DNA from: Paecilomyces variotii
Lineage: Eukaryota
Assembly (NCBI GenBank): GCA_004022145.1
Contig: RCNU01000002.1
Length of the DNA stretch: 64,000 nt
Strand: one strand, 5' to 3'
Within the stretch, counting starts at the first letter, position 1. Every line of letters begins with the position of its first letter. The notes beneath the pieces were generated by a model, which was given only the letters and a program-made list of their open reading frames with translations, was not told where the DNA came from and made no database searches. Of this stretch, positions 48,800-62,335 are shown one piece after another. Position numbers and translations under genes: made by a program.

Positions 48800-50236
48800 A
48801 TGGTTCGCCTTGCTACGACCTTGCTGTTGGGCGCTCTGTCCGCCTCTGCTGTGTTGGCCGACACCACGACATGCAGCCCCGACAATAAATGTCCGTCGGA
48901 CAAGCCCTGCTGTTCGCGTGAGTGACAGACGATACCGGCCCAGTGGGTTGAGAATATAGCAGCTGATTGCATTTCGACATATAGAGTATGGTGAGTGTGG
49001 CACAGGCGCATACTGCCTGGGTGGATGTGACCCACTCTCGTCCAACGCGCTCGACTCTTGCACTCCTGCGCCAATCTGCCAGAGCAAGACCTACAACTTC
49101 GACAACCTCGATGGCATCGAGGCGAACACCAAGTACCTGGGTGATGCCAGCAAGGCGGACTGGGTGTCGAGCGGCCAGCCGCTGTCGAGCAACGGCTCGC
49201 TCGTCCTGACCATGGCCCCCAAGACCGTTGGTACCCTGCTGGCCAACAACCACTACATGTGGTACGGTAAGGCCACTGCCAGACTGAAGTCCAGCCGCGG
49301 CCAGGGTGTTGTGACGGCTTTCATTCTTCTGTCTGATGTCAAGGACGAGATCGACTACGAATTTGTCGGTGCCGACCTGGAACATGCGCAAACCAACTAC
49401 TACTTCCAGGGCATTACGGACTGTAAGATCGTGCATATCCTACTTTGGGGGAACATGCCTTACTGATTGTTCATTTCGCAGATGATAATGGAGCCAACGC
49501 TTCTGCTTCTGACACTTTCGACGACTGGCACACCTACGAGATCGACTGGACCCCAGATCAGATCACCTGGTCCATTGACGGCCAAGTTAACCGGGTCAAG
49601 AAGAAGTCCGAGACATGGAATGCCACCGCAAACCGTTACCAGTTCCCGCAGACCCCCGCTAGAGTTCAGCTGTCTCTCTGGCCCGCCGGTCTGAGCACCA
49701 ACGCTCCTGGCACGATTGCTTGGGCTGGTGGTGAGATCGACTGGGACAGCGAGGACATCAAGGAGCACGGTTACTACTACGCTCTGTTTGACCAGGTCAC
49801 TATGGAGTGCTATGACCCTCCTGCTGGCGCCAACATCCAGGGCAACAGCTCTTACATCTACACTAGCTATGCGGGTACCAACAACACTGTCGAGATCACC
49901 GACAAGCCTACCGTTCTAAGCTCTTTCGAGGCCACCGGCACCAACATGACCGCGGGTGCTTCTTCGGCCTCCTCGAGCGCCTCCAGCACCGCCAGCGGTG
50001 ATGACACCGTCCCCGGTGTCAAGGGCGGTTCTGGAGCGGCGTCGGACAGTGGAAGCAGCAGTTCGAGCTCGAGCTCTGGAACGAGCTCTGGAACCAGCTC
50101 TGGTTCTGGATCTTCCACCACTGGCTTCACCCAGGGTGGCTCCCAGAACAACGGCGCTCTCTCCCAGAACGAACGGGTGCTGAGTGGTTCCCTGTTCGCC
50201 GTTCTGGTTGCTGTGGTCGTTCTGGTTGCTATGTAA
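48800..50236 (+). CDS. UTR2: GPI-anchored GH16 chitin transglycosylase, Crh family (Utr2/Crh2-like) with N-terminal chitin-binding module
   Basis: Exons 48800-48917, 48985-49422, 49482-50236; signal peptide; CP..KPCCSQYGECG.GAYCLGGC; catalytic DEIDYEF; Ser-rich stalk; hydrophobic GPI tail. Confidence 0.93.
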
Positions 50237-52296
50237 ATTGTACTTTTTTGCATGCCTAAGGTTTTGGTAACTCCTCTTTCATGGACAAATTTTCTTTTCT
50301 TGAGAATGGGGTTCAGTTGTCAATCCTTATTCCAAACTTTATCGGGCAATATACTCCCCCATGCGTGCGCTTTTGAGAGTTCTCTAGTACATTTTAATAC
50401 CCTGGGTAATCAGTTATGAGCCAGTATATTCATGTCTCAAGATGTCATAATACCATGAAGTAAGTCCTCAATATAGAGGCAACCTAGTTTTGATCCTTCC
50501 ATTACATTTTGTCACGTCCGGGAAGACCAAACCGGAGATCCTACTTTCCTTTTCTCGAGTGTGGTCTAGCGAGTTATGATCTACTTTTGACTATTCCTGT
50601 TTATTATACGATGATGTACGTCAGTTTCTGCTAGCAACTGAATGTTATTTCAAAGGAGGCAACCCCCGGATTTGATCTGCACTGTGATATCACGTAAAAA
50701 GCTCCTGACAACACTGCCAACCCCTGGGCCGCATGGTACGGAAGAATACACGGGATAGCGCATACTAATTAGGCCGATCTAGACACGGCTAGTAACATAC
50801 CCCAGACGCTTATGGAGTAAATCAGTAAGGATCAACCTCATCTCTGATTATGTTACCGGTTATCTGTTATTCTGGTAGATGCCATAACAGGCTATGCAAA
50901 GCTGCTGATGATCCCGGCCGCGACTGCCTGGAAATATTTCGAAGATTAGTTGAACACTTCTGACAACCTCTATAAAAGACATGTTGGGTATCTGCCCGGT
51001 CTTTGCAACATTGTCCATGTCATCCCTAAGCCTAATTAGGGGTTGTAAATGGTAAGCCTGGGATCTATGGAGTACAATGGAGTGGCATCCACTCAAATCT
51101 GAGTCGGACCGTTAGATCTGAAAGAAACGGCAGCTTGCAGCGGACCGTGTCAGTATCCGCAAACCTTCTATCCCTGTTTCCCGACCATATGTCTGAGTCC
51201 GGATTATGATATCAATGACTGCACATAATGGTCCTGTCATCGTTTCTGTCTTGCAATATAGTATAGATGGCCATTCTTAGTCTCCCCATTAAATCTGTCC
51301 ACAGACACCGCTTTCAATACCTGAACACCTACACCTTGGTGCCACAGCTAACGCCTGATTCCCTTTGTCGTTTGCTGCCTTCTCGGTTGCTTTCTGACAG
51401 GGTACCTTCATTTATCCCTCCGGTCACACCAATAGCTATTCTTTGCTGACAAGCTTGAATGACGTGGATACACTCTTGAGTTCTGTAAAGATGTGGGCGA
51501 AGATCTTACTGGCAGTCCCAGAAATGTGTAATGGCGATTGATTCCAACCTCTCAAGAGTGTCTGGGAATAAAATACAATAAGATATTTGCTTTCCAATAC
51601 ATACTGATTCTCTTTTGATTCACTCGTTTTCATGTTCTTCTGAATCATGCTTTGATCAAGGAAAACATTTCCTTCTTCTTATTCTTCTCTCTCTCTCCAT
51701 TCAAACAGCGGTGTTATACCTCTGTGCTTATGGGCCGCATCATTGACTTCATCTGAAAGGGAACAGCCAGGCAAACAGTTAAAAAAGATTCGTGGACATG
51801 AAGTTGACTACTTTTGATCCAGGGGATAAAACCCATGACGTTGTACCTTGTTTTTTCTCCCCCTGTTTCTTCTTCTTCTTCTTCTTTCCGTTTCTCACTC
51901 TCTTGAGCCTGTTTAACTGATTGAATTCTGACGAGTTCTGAGACCCTTTCTATTTTGAAACGCTCGGTTAGATCTTGTGTATTCTCCGCAGGAAAGGAGC
52001 AAAAGCTATTTTTGGGTTTCTTCATCCCCGTCCAGAAGATCTCTGATATCTCATTCAGTATATCCCGTCAGAGGAAAAGAGACAACTCTGGGGGAAAAGG
52101 GGAAGACGGCACTGATTCTACAGTCGTCCATTCTGACTTCTATTCCACATTTCCCTTCCTTGCGTCTTTCCTCGAGAAGACGACGAAAAGCTGAAAGACC
52201 GTCGAGCTTATTCATTATATGGTCAACAACCGCCCTTCCTATCCTTGTCCTCAAGGAGAAGAAGAAGAAGACAAAACGAAGAGCCTACCCCCCAAT

Positions 52297-52578
52297 ATGT
52301 GTAGATACATAGCCTTCACCCACTCAGGCTGTGGACACCTTTGCTTCAAAGTCGCGATATTCTGCAACTCTCTATACAACGAACTTCAGCGAATCAACGA
52401 TCCTTACCAACGCCAAATGTATGCGCTCCCATTCGATCCGCCGGACTGTCGGCCACGACTGGGATATAATATCATCGACTACAAACCAGGTGGTTGGCGA
52501 TATTGTCCGACTTGTTTGGAGAACCTGCTGGGTGGTACGCCGGGTTTCGCTGGTTCCTATGGGAGGGATTCTCGATGA
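52297..52578 (+). CDS. Small Cys/His-rich hypothetical protein (93 aa; alternative ATG at 52219)
   Basis: MCRYIAFTHSGCGH.C......C ... C ... CPTC pattern; no signal peptide; preceded by a pyrimidine-rich leader-like region. Confidence 0.6.
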   Translation: MCRYIAFTHSGCGHLCFKVAIFCNSLYNELQRINDPYQRQMYALPFDPPDCRPRLGYNIIDYKPGGWRYCPTCLENLLGGTPGFAGSYGRDSR

Positions 52579-53159
52579 ATACCTCATGATGGACATTATG
52601 GATCATTATTTGTTTCTGAGAACTGCGTTGGGGCGTGGTTGCTGGTCTTGGTATCCGGGTTAGGTTATCAAGCTGGGAGGAAAAAGGGTTTGGATAAGCT
52701 TCTTACATCTGGGCATTAAGTTTTTGTTAGGAATACCTACCAGAGACTAGGATCGTATGATCGGATCGTCTTTTTTCTTTCCTTTCGTTGATGATTGATC
52801 CTCTCTGTACATTACGTGGAATTGTAAGATGATAAATAAGTTCGTGTCGGCTTCAGTTGGTGATAATAAGTATTTAGGATAGATGAGACTATTATTAGCA
52901 TGTGCGTAGATATTCAAGACATCTGAATATTTTCAGCTTGTATTTATTCACAACCCACTGATTTATACGTCCATATTCTAGGGGGGGACAAAAACTCCTT
53001 ATGCGGTATCCACTGTGAGAGACGGCAACGATCCATCATCCTACGACCAACGTGAAGAAAGCTTAGCCTGAGAAATCTTACGGAAATTATCGAGAAAATG
53101 CACTGATATGACCAAAATGGAACGCCTAGCTCGGATAAAACAGATCAAAAGGATAAAAA

Positions 53160-55026
53160 TTAGTGGATCGCGCCGCAGCCACAGCTTCGGCTGTCAATAT
53201 GCGTAATCTCATCATCTGCGCCGGCTTCTGTGGAGCGTTTCTTGAAATCGCCATGGTAGGTGTCAAGGGCATCAGTTCGGACGTCCTCGCCGAGAGGATT
53301 GCCCATCCACAAACTGTCGCTGCTCTGGAGCTTCTTGGTCACTGCGTCGACGTCGACGTCGAGATAGTTGGCCAGGAAGTGGCCCACTTCAATGTTCTCG
53401 TGGTTACCGACCAGTGGCCAGGCATCTGCGCCGGAGGAGGCATAGATGTTCACGTCAACGCCTGCAGATATGTTAGTTAAATCATCCAGTATCATCAAAG
53501 GGCTGTTCCAACTTACCGGAGTGACCGTGCGTGGACCAACCGATCTGCGACCTTCGGCTGATGATATCAGCGAAAACATAGCTGGCTGGCCATTGCGCAT
53601 TACTCTCGATTATAGCGTCGACCTCTTCATCAGTAGCATCAGAGATCCCGAGTCCCTTCCGCAGGAGCTCCTCTCGGATATAGGTACGCTCGGTCAGTCT
53701 GTTCCTCTTCTCATCGCTGCGAAGATAGTCGTTGAGCTTAGCGTGCAAGTACTCAGAGGAGTGGCTGGCGTTGGCTAGTACTCCTGGAAGCCACAAGTAG
53801 TCAGGATAAGACTTGTGTAGCTGTCTTGCTGCGGCAAGACCGCCAGTCTCGTGGTCAGAAGTGCTGACCAGCACACCGGGGGTCGAGTCATTCTCCAGGA
53901 ATTCCAGAGCCGCAGCGAAGGCCTTGTCGTATGCGAGAACTTCGTGTACCTGCGCAGCTGGGTCATTACCATGTCCAGCGTGGTCGATACGCGAGCCTTC
54001 GATCATAATGAAGAATCCCGTGTCACTGTCCCTGGTCGCCTCGCTAAGCGTCTTGAGGGCAGTGCGAGTCATCTCCTCCAAGGACGGGTATACATCGTTG
54101 GCGTGGCGGCGGTCGATTTCATAGGGGATGTCTCCTTTCGCAAAGAGGCCCAGAAGAGGCAACTTAGCCTCAGCACCTCCATTCAGTGCATCGAATTCAT
54201 CCCGAGTCTGGATATAGTTGTAACCGCCCTTCTCAGCGAACTCAATCAGATCACGGTCATCGGCACGGCAGCTTCCATCGGTCGTGTTTGGCAAAAAGTG
54301 ACAGCGGCCACCTCCAAACATGAGATCCACGGTCTTTCCCAGAGGGTGATCCCCAACCTCCTGTGCCGCGATGATATCCTCATAGTATCGCAGATTGGCG
54401 TGGGAGGCGAAACAGGCCGGCGTGGCATCGGTGATCCGCGTCGTCACGACCAACCCGGTCTTGTATCCCTTCAGGGCAGCTGCTTCAAGGACCGTACCGC
54501 AAGGGGAGTGATCGGGGAGGACAGAGATAGCACCGTTGTAGCTCTTGAATCCACACGAGAAAGCCGTAGCTCCAGCCGCAGAGTCGGTCACCAAGCTCGA
54601 GCTCGATCTCGTCCTCGAGCTACCGATGAGATGACGGTCCAGTACCAGAGTATCATCCACAGGCAACCCCTCCACCAGCTGTCTCCAGCTCCTCGTCATC
54701 TCCAGACTGGTCGGGCCCATTCCATCCGACACCATGAAGATCAAGTTGCGTTTGCCCGTCGGCTTGCCGTTAGGGCCCCACGACCCCTTCGAATCGTGCT
54801 TTCCGGTCGATCCATGCTGCAGAAAGACAGAGAGAATGATGACGGCGACAGTAGCTACTAAAGCCCAGGTGAAAAGACCAATCTCTCGCCAGAGAGCCCA
54901 TCCACGGCGCTCCTGACCGCGATTCGTCCGCTGTCCGGTCAGAAGAGCATCTTCCTCCTCTTCGTTACGGATGGACGACCCATCGGTCGATGGGCGGGGA
55001 ACCAGCAAGGGCTCCTGACGCGCCAT
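53160..55026 (-). CDS. PHO8: Vacuolar alkaline phosphatase (Pho8-like, type II membrane protein)
   Basis: Exons 55026-53517 and 53461-53160; single TM; FMVSDGMG, VTDSAAGATA, DATPA, EGSRIDHAGH.ND, TSDHETGG, THGHSGVDV. Confidence 0.95.
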
Positions 55027-55538
55027 CTCTCAGAAAAAGGGCAAACGAGAGTGTTTCAACGAAAAGAACGAGTAGAGTATTATGTCTATCAGGGAGAGGA
55101 AGCTCGATGGAGTTGGGAGGCCGTTATGGCATGTGGTTCACTAAGGGCTTGGCGGCAGGAGGACGCTATACAATACCCATACATCACCGCGATACCGATG
55201 GTTTGGGAACCACCAGCGCCGATCAAGTCCTAACTGAAGCTCCTAGTTAATTTTATTCATAGATAATAAAGCTGGGGATACGCTTCTATTTATCCAATAG
55301 GTCCACGCCTCTAGATGAAGAATCAAGCGTTCCTGGAAGAGATGAGACATAGGTTGATAGTATACAGTATTACTATAGATACCAATTACGAAACGGGCGT
55401 GTGACAGCACATAGCGCCCCAGCCCCCATCAAAGCACCAGCCAGGCACAAGTATCTAACTATCGTAACTGGTGCCTGGTGCTAGGAACTAATTAGCATCG
55501 GACCAAAGAGTAGAGTGCAATAGTTCGACACCGCTCAT

Positions 55539-56353
55539 TCATCGTGACCTCCATCCAATCGGTATCATTGCTGCTGCAACTTCAGTGACACCGCGCTCGG
55601 TTGCCAGCAGATTGAACTGAGCAGCTGCATTCCTGGTATCCTGTACTTCAACCCGAATTCCCAACAGATTGATGTGCTTTCTTGTCTCCGGCGAAAGCGG
55701 TGCCATTTGGCCTCCGACTCCAAGGATGAGTAGATCTGGAAAGAGGTGATATAATTGTTAGTAACGAAAATAGAGAGAATAGGTAATGAGACAAGAGGTC
55801 GAAACACACCAGGTCTAGGCCACACCAAGCTCAACAACCCCCATGCTTCCTCCGGGACCTCAAATTGACCCTTTGCATTGAGCATCAACCCCTTCTTATC
55901 ATCTCCCTTGTCGTATCCCTCCCACGGCCGCCAGGAGAAAGCCTCTCCGCCTACCAGCAGCACACCGTCACCGCCGGTGATCTTGACTCCATTATCCAAG
56001 TGGAATCCATCGTCCAGACAAGCGTCGATGGCTGTACTAGGAGCTGGGATATTGCCGAAAACATTAAGCGCGCCAAAGTCAGTCTGAGTCTCTTCGTTTG
56101 AGGGCGGTCCGCGATCGCGATTCTGAGGTTTCGCTGGCTGGGCGCGAGGAACAATCCGCGATGGTCGACGGGCAGTGTTGCTGTTGTAGCGGCGTGGAAT
56201 ACTGGCTCCAAGAGATCGATAAGCCGGATTCACAGGCGATGCGATAGAGGTTCTGAGAGCAGCATGCGACGCAGTCCGACTGCATGTGGCAGCAGCGCCT
56301 GTCGAGATAGAAGCTCGCAGGGCGCGCAGGAGCTGCGGCGACGGGGGCTGCAT
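55539..56353 (-). CDS. NDUFAF3: Mitochondrial complex I assembly factor NDUFAF3 (DUF498/Mth938-like)
   Basis: Exons 56353-55810 and 55735-55539; Arg-rich presequence; PRPDLLILG, DTRNAAAQFNLLATER. Confidence 0.9.
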
Positions 56354-57180
56354 TGGATTGAAGTATGTGGTATAGCTTTCACAGGAGAGGAGATAAAGTA
56401 TAGAAGAGAGTTCGCAATTGGAGATATGGCGTGGTTCCACGATTCGAGTTGTTTCCTGCGTTCAATAACCTATTGGTAATGCTCCAGAGTTATGTGGTCT
56501 GTCGGCGCGCAACCCGCTGGGAAAACTCCGCTGCCTTAGCGGAACACGACGTCAGCGCAAAAATACAGCCGAGGATATTATTTACCAGGAACAGCACAAT
56601 AGTCCACGTCCGGTAATATCAAATAGAGAGTAACTAGGATGATCACGCTGTCAGTAAGAAACTGAACATATATACAGATAATTACACTACGCTCTACAGG
56701 AATTTGAAGAGGAGAAATTGCATAAAATCTCATTTATTCTTTTTTTGCTTTTGAGTCATTGCTGAGAATGCCCGGGGGAAACGTCCACCGGTTCTATCTT
56801 CTACTTATTATTGTCTCCACCGTCTCCTTCATAAAACAAGCATTATTAGTTTTTAGCGTGATTAGGTCGAGGGCCCGACTTCGCTGGCTAGCAAGCAGCA
56901 GAGCCCCGGTGCCCAGAAAGGGGCCGTAGAAAATGAGCGTCTCTCGTACAAGTCGTAATGCGGTTCACAATGTCGTAAGAAATGCACCAGGCAGGTTCAC
57001 TTCGAAAGCAAGCCCGAAAATAATCTCCATCCCCAGGTGTCAGACGTGAAAATATGGCCGTAACTAGCTCGCTGTCGTATCCCTCTTGTCAAATATTCTC
57101 GCACGGCAGTGACTCCAGAGTCGCGAAACCGCCAAGACAAACCTACGATGAGGCAAATCTTGTGCAACTCGCTTTCAGAT

Positions 57181-60142
57181 TCAGTGGTCTCGGGATTTCT
57201 GCGCATCTCCATTTCCCGCATCGCCCTCGCGACCACCTGGGCCCTGGACAGCACCGTTGCGCTCCTCATCAGACTGACTAGAGCTATCATCTCCATTAGC
57301 GGTGGTCGATGCACTCCGAAGACGTTGCGCGCGATCCTGTAGGACCTGCGCTTCAGCAGCTGCCTTCTGTGCACGGATTTGTTTGCGCCACATGCTCGCG
57401 TAGCGGCCCTTCATAGCAAGAAGCTGATCGTGTGTTCCGCTTTCGGCAACCTGGCCGTCATGGAGGACGAGGATTTGATCGGCAGTAGTAATAGTGCTGA
57501 GGCGATGGGCAATGACCAACATGGTGCGCCCACGGGATAGCGTAGATAGCGCGCCTTGGATATGCTCCTCTGTTTCCGTATCAAGAGCAGCAGTAGCCTC
57601 ATCAAGAAGAATTATGCGAGGATCCTTGAGGATAGTCCGAGCAATAGCAACCCGCTGCTTCTCGCCTCCACTCAGACGGAGACCGCGCTCTCCAACCTTC
57701 GTCTGGTAGCCGTCTGGGAACGAGAGAATCTTGTCGTGGATGCTAGCAGCCCGGCACGCTTGGTAGACATCATCGTCGGTCGCGTTCGGGTTCGCATACT
57801 TCAGGTTGTACATCAAAGTCTCGTTGAAAAGGACAGTGTCCTGCGGCACAACACCAATATGGCGTCGAAGAGAATCAATCGTTATTCCCTTAACATCCTG
57901 ACGGTCCACCAGGATTCGGCCTCTGTTAGAATTGTAGAAACGGTAAAGTAAGCGGAATACTGTGGATTTTCCACCCCCTGACTCTCCAACGAGAGCAGTA
58001 GTGGTTCCAGGGGCGCAGTGAAAGGTCAGACCGTTCAAGGCAGGTTTCCGCGTATCGTATGAAAATTCGACATTTTCGAATGAGATATCGCCTTTGCAAA
58101 CAGGCATCGGGGCGGCTGAGGGACTATCCACGACAGTGGGTTGTTCCCTGAACAGCTCGAGCATTCGTTCAGAATTAATCAAGGCTGACTGGATAGATCG
58201 ATAGAAGGTACCGAAGAAATTCAACGGTCCCTGTAACTGGGCCATGTAAGTCAAAAGCGTGACAAACTGGCCCACTTTGCGCTGTCCAATCGAGACCTGA
58301 TAAGCGGCAATAAAGCAGGTAATAAGTAAACCCAGCATGAACACGGTGTTTTGGCAGGTATTCATCAGAGTAAGCGAGAACAGAACATGATATTCGGCCT
58401 TCTGGAAGTCCTTGACAGCCCCACGATACCTATTAAATTCGTACTGCTCCGCATTGAAATATTTGACTGTCTCATATGAGACCATGGAGTCGTTCCTAGT
58501 GATCGCGTGGTTAGTACTCTTGAAAGGCGTTACTAATGTGAGCTTCATTGGGAACTTACTTGACGGCATCCTCTTGCCTTGAAGCATTGACCATCTGCCT
58601 CCGGATTTCAGCTCGCCATTGAGCCATTCTAACAGTCACATACAAGTAGCAGAATGTGACGATGGCGACGACCAATGCGTAGTAGGCGTCGAAAGCAACG
58701 AGGAAATAGCCAATTGCAACACAGAGATCGATCAACATAGGAACAACCTGGAACGTGACCTGTTCGAGGAAGGTGTTGATGGAGTTTCCCTTCGAGAGGG
58801 CGGAAAGAACTTCTCCCGTCTTTTTACCCAGGTGGAAGTCAAGGCTGAGTCCATGGACATGCTCGAAAGCAGCCGTAGAAAGCTCCATGTACGAATATTG
58901 TCCGACAGGGATCCACAGACTGGAACGGAGGGACCCGATGAGACCCTGGCTTCCCTGGAGCCATCGGAAGAGGATATACAGACAAATATCGAACCACGGA
59001 ACCCGGAAATCGCCACCTTCTTCTCTTGACAGTATGTTTGTGATGATACCGACCTGATATGGAACGAGAACGTTGACGACACGCTGAAGGAGGATCAAGC
59101 CAAAACAGACCACCACAATAATCTGCAAGCGTCGAGACTTGGCGGGCCAGAGGTACGGGAAAAACAAGGAGTATCCGCTCAGATATTCCCACCAGCTGGT
59201 AGAGGGGATCGTAGTCGGGCGCACCCAAGGATCAGCTGGCTTGGAAGTGCTCTGGTTTCCATTGGCTTGCGTTGAGCCATAATGATTGTTTGCGACACCG
59301 GTTTCTGCGGCTGAGTGGTTAAGCAGTCCAGTAGTCTCACTGGGTGAATTTGCTAGGCGGGTAGCTGCTTTCCGTCCTCGGATACCGGACATGGAGTTGA
59401 TGGCGTAAGTTAGAACGAGGGCCATCAGGACCAGTATACGCACTACACCGGATGCCACTTGCATAGACTCCCATAGAGTGATGCCTCGCACCAGAGGACC
59501 GCCATCGGGGTCTCCCACAATTGGTTCATGATGAGGGGTCGTATAGATCGATAAGGAGACAGCAAGGAGGATGAGTTCTAATGGAATTGCTGCCGACCAT
59601 GGCACCAGCTGTGCAAATGTTGGCGCTGGCTTTGTGTCCAGTAAGGATATGAGAATGACAGCGTAAACGAAGAAGGATCCGATAATGTAAATCTAGACGG
59701 AAATTAGGAAGCTACTTCAAGACGACGCCGATTTTGATCTGATACTTACCACGTATGACTGACCACACCACCAGTGCTCCGAACGACAGAGGATCACGTG
59801 CGTCATAACAATCGCAGCGTCTGCAACGAAAGTGACCAAGACCGCAACGCTCAACCACTTGAAAAGAAGCTGCGTCCATGGACTGAATGGTCGAGGTTCT
59901 TTAGTCACGACCATCGTACTTCTGGTCCGCTTGGGAAGGGGCCTGCCACCAGGCCCAGTTGTGACGGCACTGCCATTTGTGGATAGACGTTTCGCAGACC
60001 TCACAGAGCTCACGATAAAAGAGGTGATGAACACTACGAGCAGAATGATCGGCGTTCCAATGTGGAAATATTCGAGAAGCTCGCGGGCGGTATCGTGAGA
60101 CACCACAGGCTGAGAGCCAGGCGTTGTTGTAGTCGAACCCAT
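57181..60142 (-). CDS. HMT1: Half-size ABC transporter, heavy-metal tolerance Hmt1/ABCB6 type
   Basis: Exons 60142-59750, 59692-58560, 58495-57181; N-terminal TM extension; LSLDFHLGKKTGEV; Walker A GESGGGKST; LSGGEKQR; LLDEATAALD. Confidence 0.92.
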
Positions 60143-62335
60143 GGTCAATTCCTCCACACAGTTCCACGGATTCAGATAGTAATCTTTGTTTCCATGACAC
60201 GACGCGAACCGCACGTGTTTTGGGGAGGATATGCGCAGGGGGGGCGATATGGAAATTCTGGCGCTCGCAATCGGAAAGGACAGTGACAACTATGCTATTG
60301 TCTCCTTGGGGGGGTGCTGAGACACTAATCCGCTCAGATAATTCCGCGCTTAATAGAACGAACTGGGCGTCAATGCACAGTTAGAAAGTTGGATGAATAG
60401 GTACAGCGAAAGTGAGATCAACGAGGGATGTGTCCAGCCTCGTGCGTACGGCAGAAACGAACGGATACGCGAGCAAGGTCTTTGAAACAAGACTGCACCA
60501 CGCCTAGGACGCGAAGAGCCTGCAAGCGGTAGAGGTACGGTTCGATGGTGGAGAGAAATGGTTGTGGCTCAGCAGGTCCGTCCGCCGGCGCGGGGAGCAA
60601 GAACAAACGCTCCGAGGACGGAGACTGATAGTACCGCACGAGGATCAAACTGATCAAAGATCCTCGAGGACAGTACGAAATGAATGAACACCAGATGAAA
60701 AGGTAATGATTAGAAAAAGAAGAAGGAGGAAGAGAAAAAAAAGAGATGGTGAGAACGCTCGAGAGCTTCTGGGAGGTTAGGGTTCGATAGTATCATAGAC
60801 GGATCCGTATCCCAGCCCAGGATGCCCAAGCAGCAGGCCAAGCTAAACTAACAGACTGGCGGGGATCAAGCTTGGGACGGACTGGCTTCCGAGCTTCCTT
60901 GTTGGCAATGCCAGCCGGGGAGGAAAAGAAAAAAGTGCCACAGCGATCGACTAGATGCTGGCCAAACACGGATCTCTAGAACTCTCCAGAGGACAGCACG
61001 GGCAACAGAAGGGAAGAGGAGATGGTTCAGACAGGAATTGCGCCAGGGTAGAGATGGCAAACAAGTGAGAAAGAGAGAGAGAGAGAGGGTGTCTTGGAAG
61101 AGAAATGAGATTCACGCGAGCTTCAACTCAAGATCGCCACAGAATCAGATTGTGAGCGGTGAGCAGCCGTAAAGCCGGCAGAATGGGCGATGGAGCCAGA
61201 TCGGCGGCGAGAAACCAGTCAGTGAAGAAGCTGACAGGAACTGCCTCTAGTGGATTTGACCTGCACATCTCCTGCATCAGGATTCAGCAGAGCACTCATC
61301 AGAAGATCAGGGATAGTTCTCAGCAATAATATCTCTGTCTATTTCCCCGATTGCAGCTCGGGCTAGTGATTGCATTGGAACTCCCGTGAGACTTTCAGAA
61401 GAGGGCAAAATATCCTCCTCTTCTCTTATCCTTCACATCCCCTTCGCAGTCAAGCAAGGCCGGGGATTGTCGTGGTCTCACAGCGACGCAGCGTCAATAA
61501 TAATAATAATTAGACTCCCAGCCAGCTCGAACTATCTTCCCGACTGGCAGGACCGTGGGACCCAACGCCTGAGCTTCCCCGGAAGGCAAAAAAACCAACG
61601 AACTAGAGGATTATTCTTCTTCTTCTGACAAGCTGAGCTGGAACATCGTCGACGACATCACCAGTCCACACTCGTCCCACCTTGGTGCACCCACTATCAG
61701 CCCCAGTGATCCAGGCCGATAATCGATAGTGGTTGACGCGGTGGCCGATCCGATCTGCCTAGCCGGCCAACCGATTTCCCTCCTGTCTGGCCTATTCTGC
61801 TTCTCTGTCCGCCGCGGCGGGTCACAGCAAGCACAAAAAGCTCCGGTCTGCGCGCTTCTTGCCGGTGGCTGGATGCTGAAGCTGCTGGGCAGCAGTCGGT
61901 CGGACAAATCTCATCGGTCTGCTGCTGCTCCCTAAGTACCGCCCGCAGATCGGTGCGTCTGCTGCACTTCATTCCTGCCTGACCGATCTATCCTTCTCGG
62001 GTGTACGCTGAAGATTCCGAAATATTCTGTGCACCTTTGCTACAGTCGCTTTACGAGTCACTGCGGGACCGGTCGCGGGCCAACTCAAAACTGCAGACAG
62101 CGTTTCACGCCTGCCAGCAGCTCGTCGGGCTCCAAGCGGCTCCAAAGACTTTGAGTTGTAGCAGCCGTCGTGTCCGTCGACTTCCAAACACACCCATCAC
62201 GCGTGCTCGCCACCGTCTGGTGGATGGCCAGTCGACTGTTCGCGACAAGCTCCGCTCCAGCCCTCGTCTCGCCTTGACAACGGGCGATGGAGCGCCAATC
62301 CTGGTTGGGTTGCTCAACCTCGACCTGAGCTCATC

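Noticed and set aside
3240-50236. GH76, Agt and Utr2 as a cell-wall gene cluster
   Set aside because: Separated by tens of kb of unrelated housekeeping genes.
53851-54861. 336-aa + strand ORF, and similar long antisense ORFs at 12031-12843, 18968-19558 and 30683-31300
   Set aside because: Antisense shadows of well-supported genes, with no motifs of their own.
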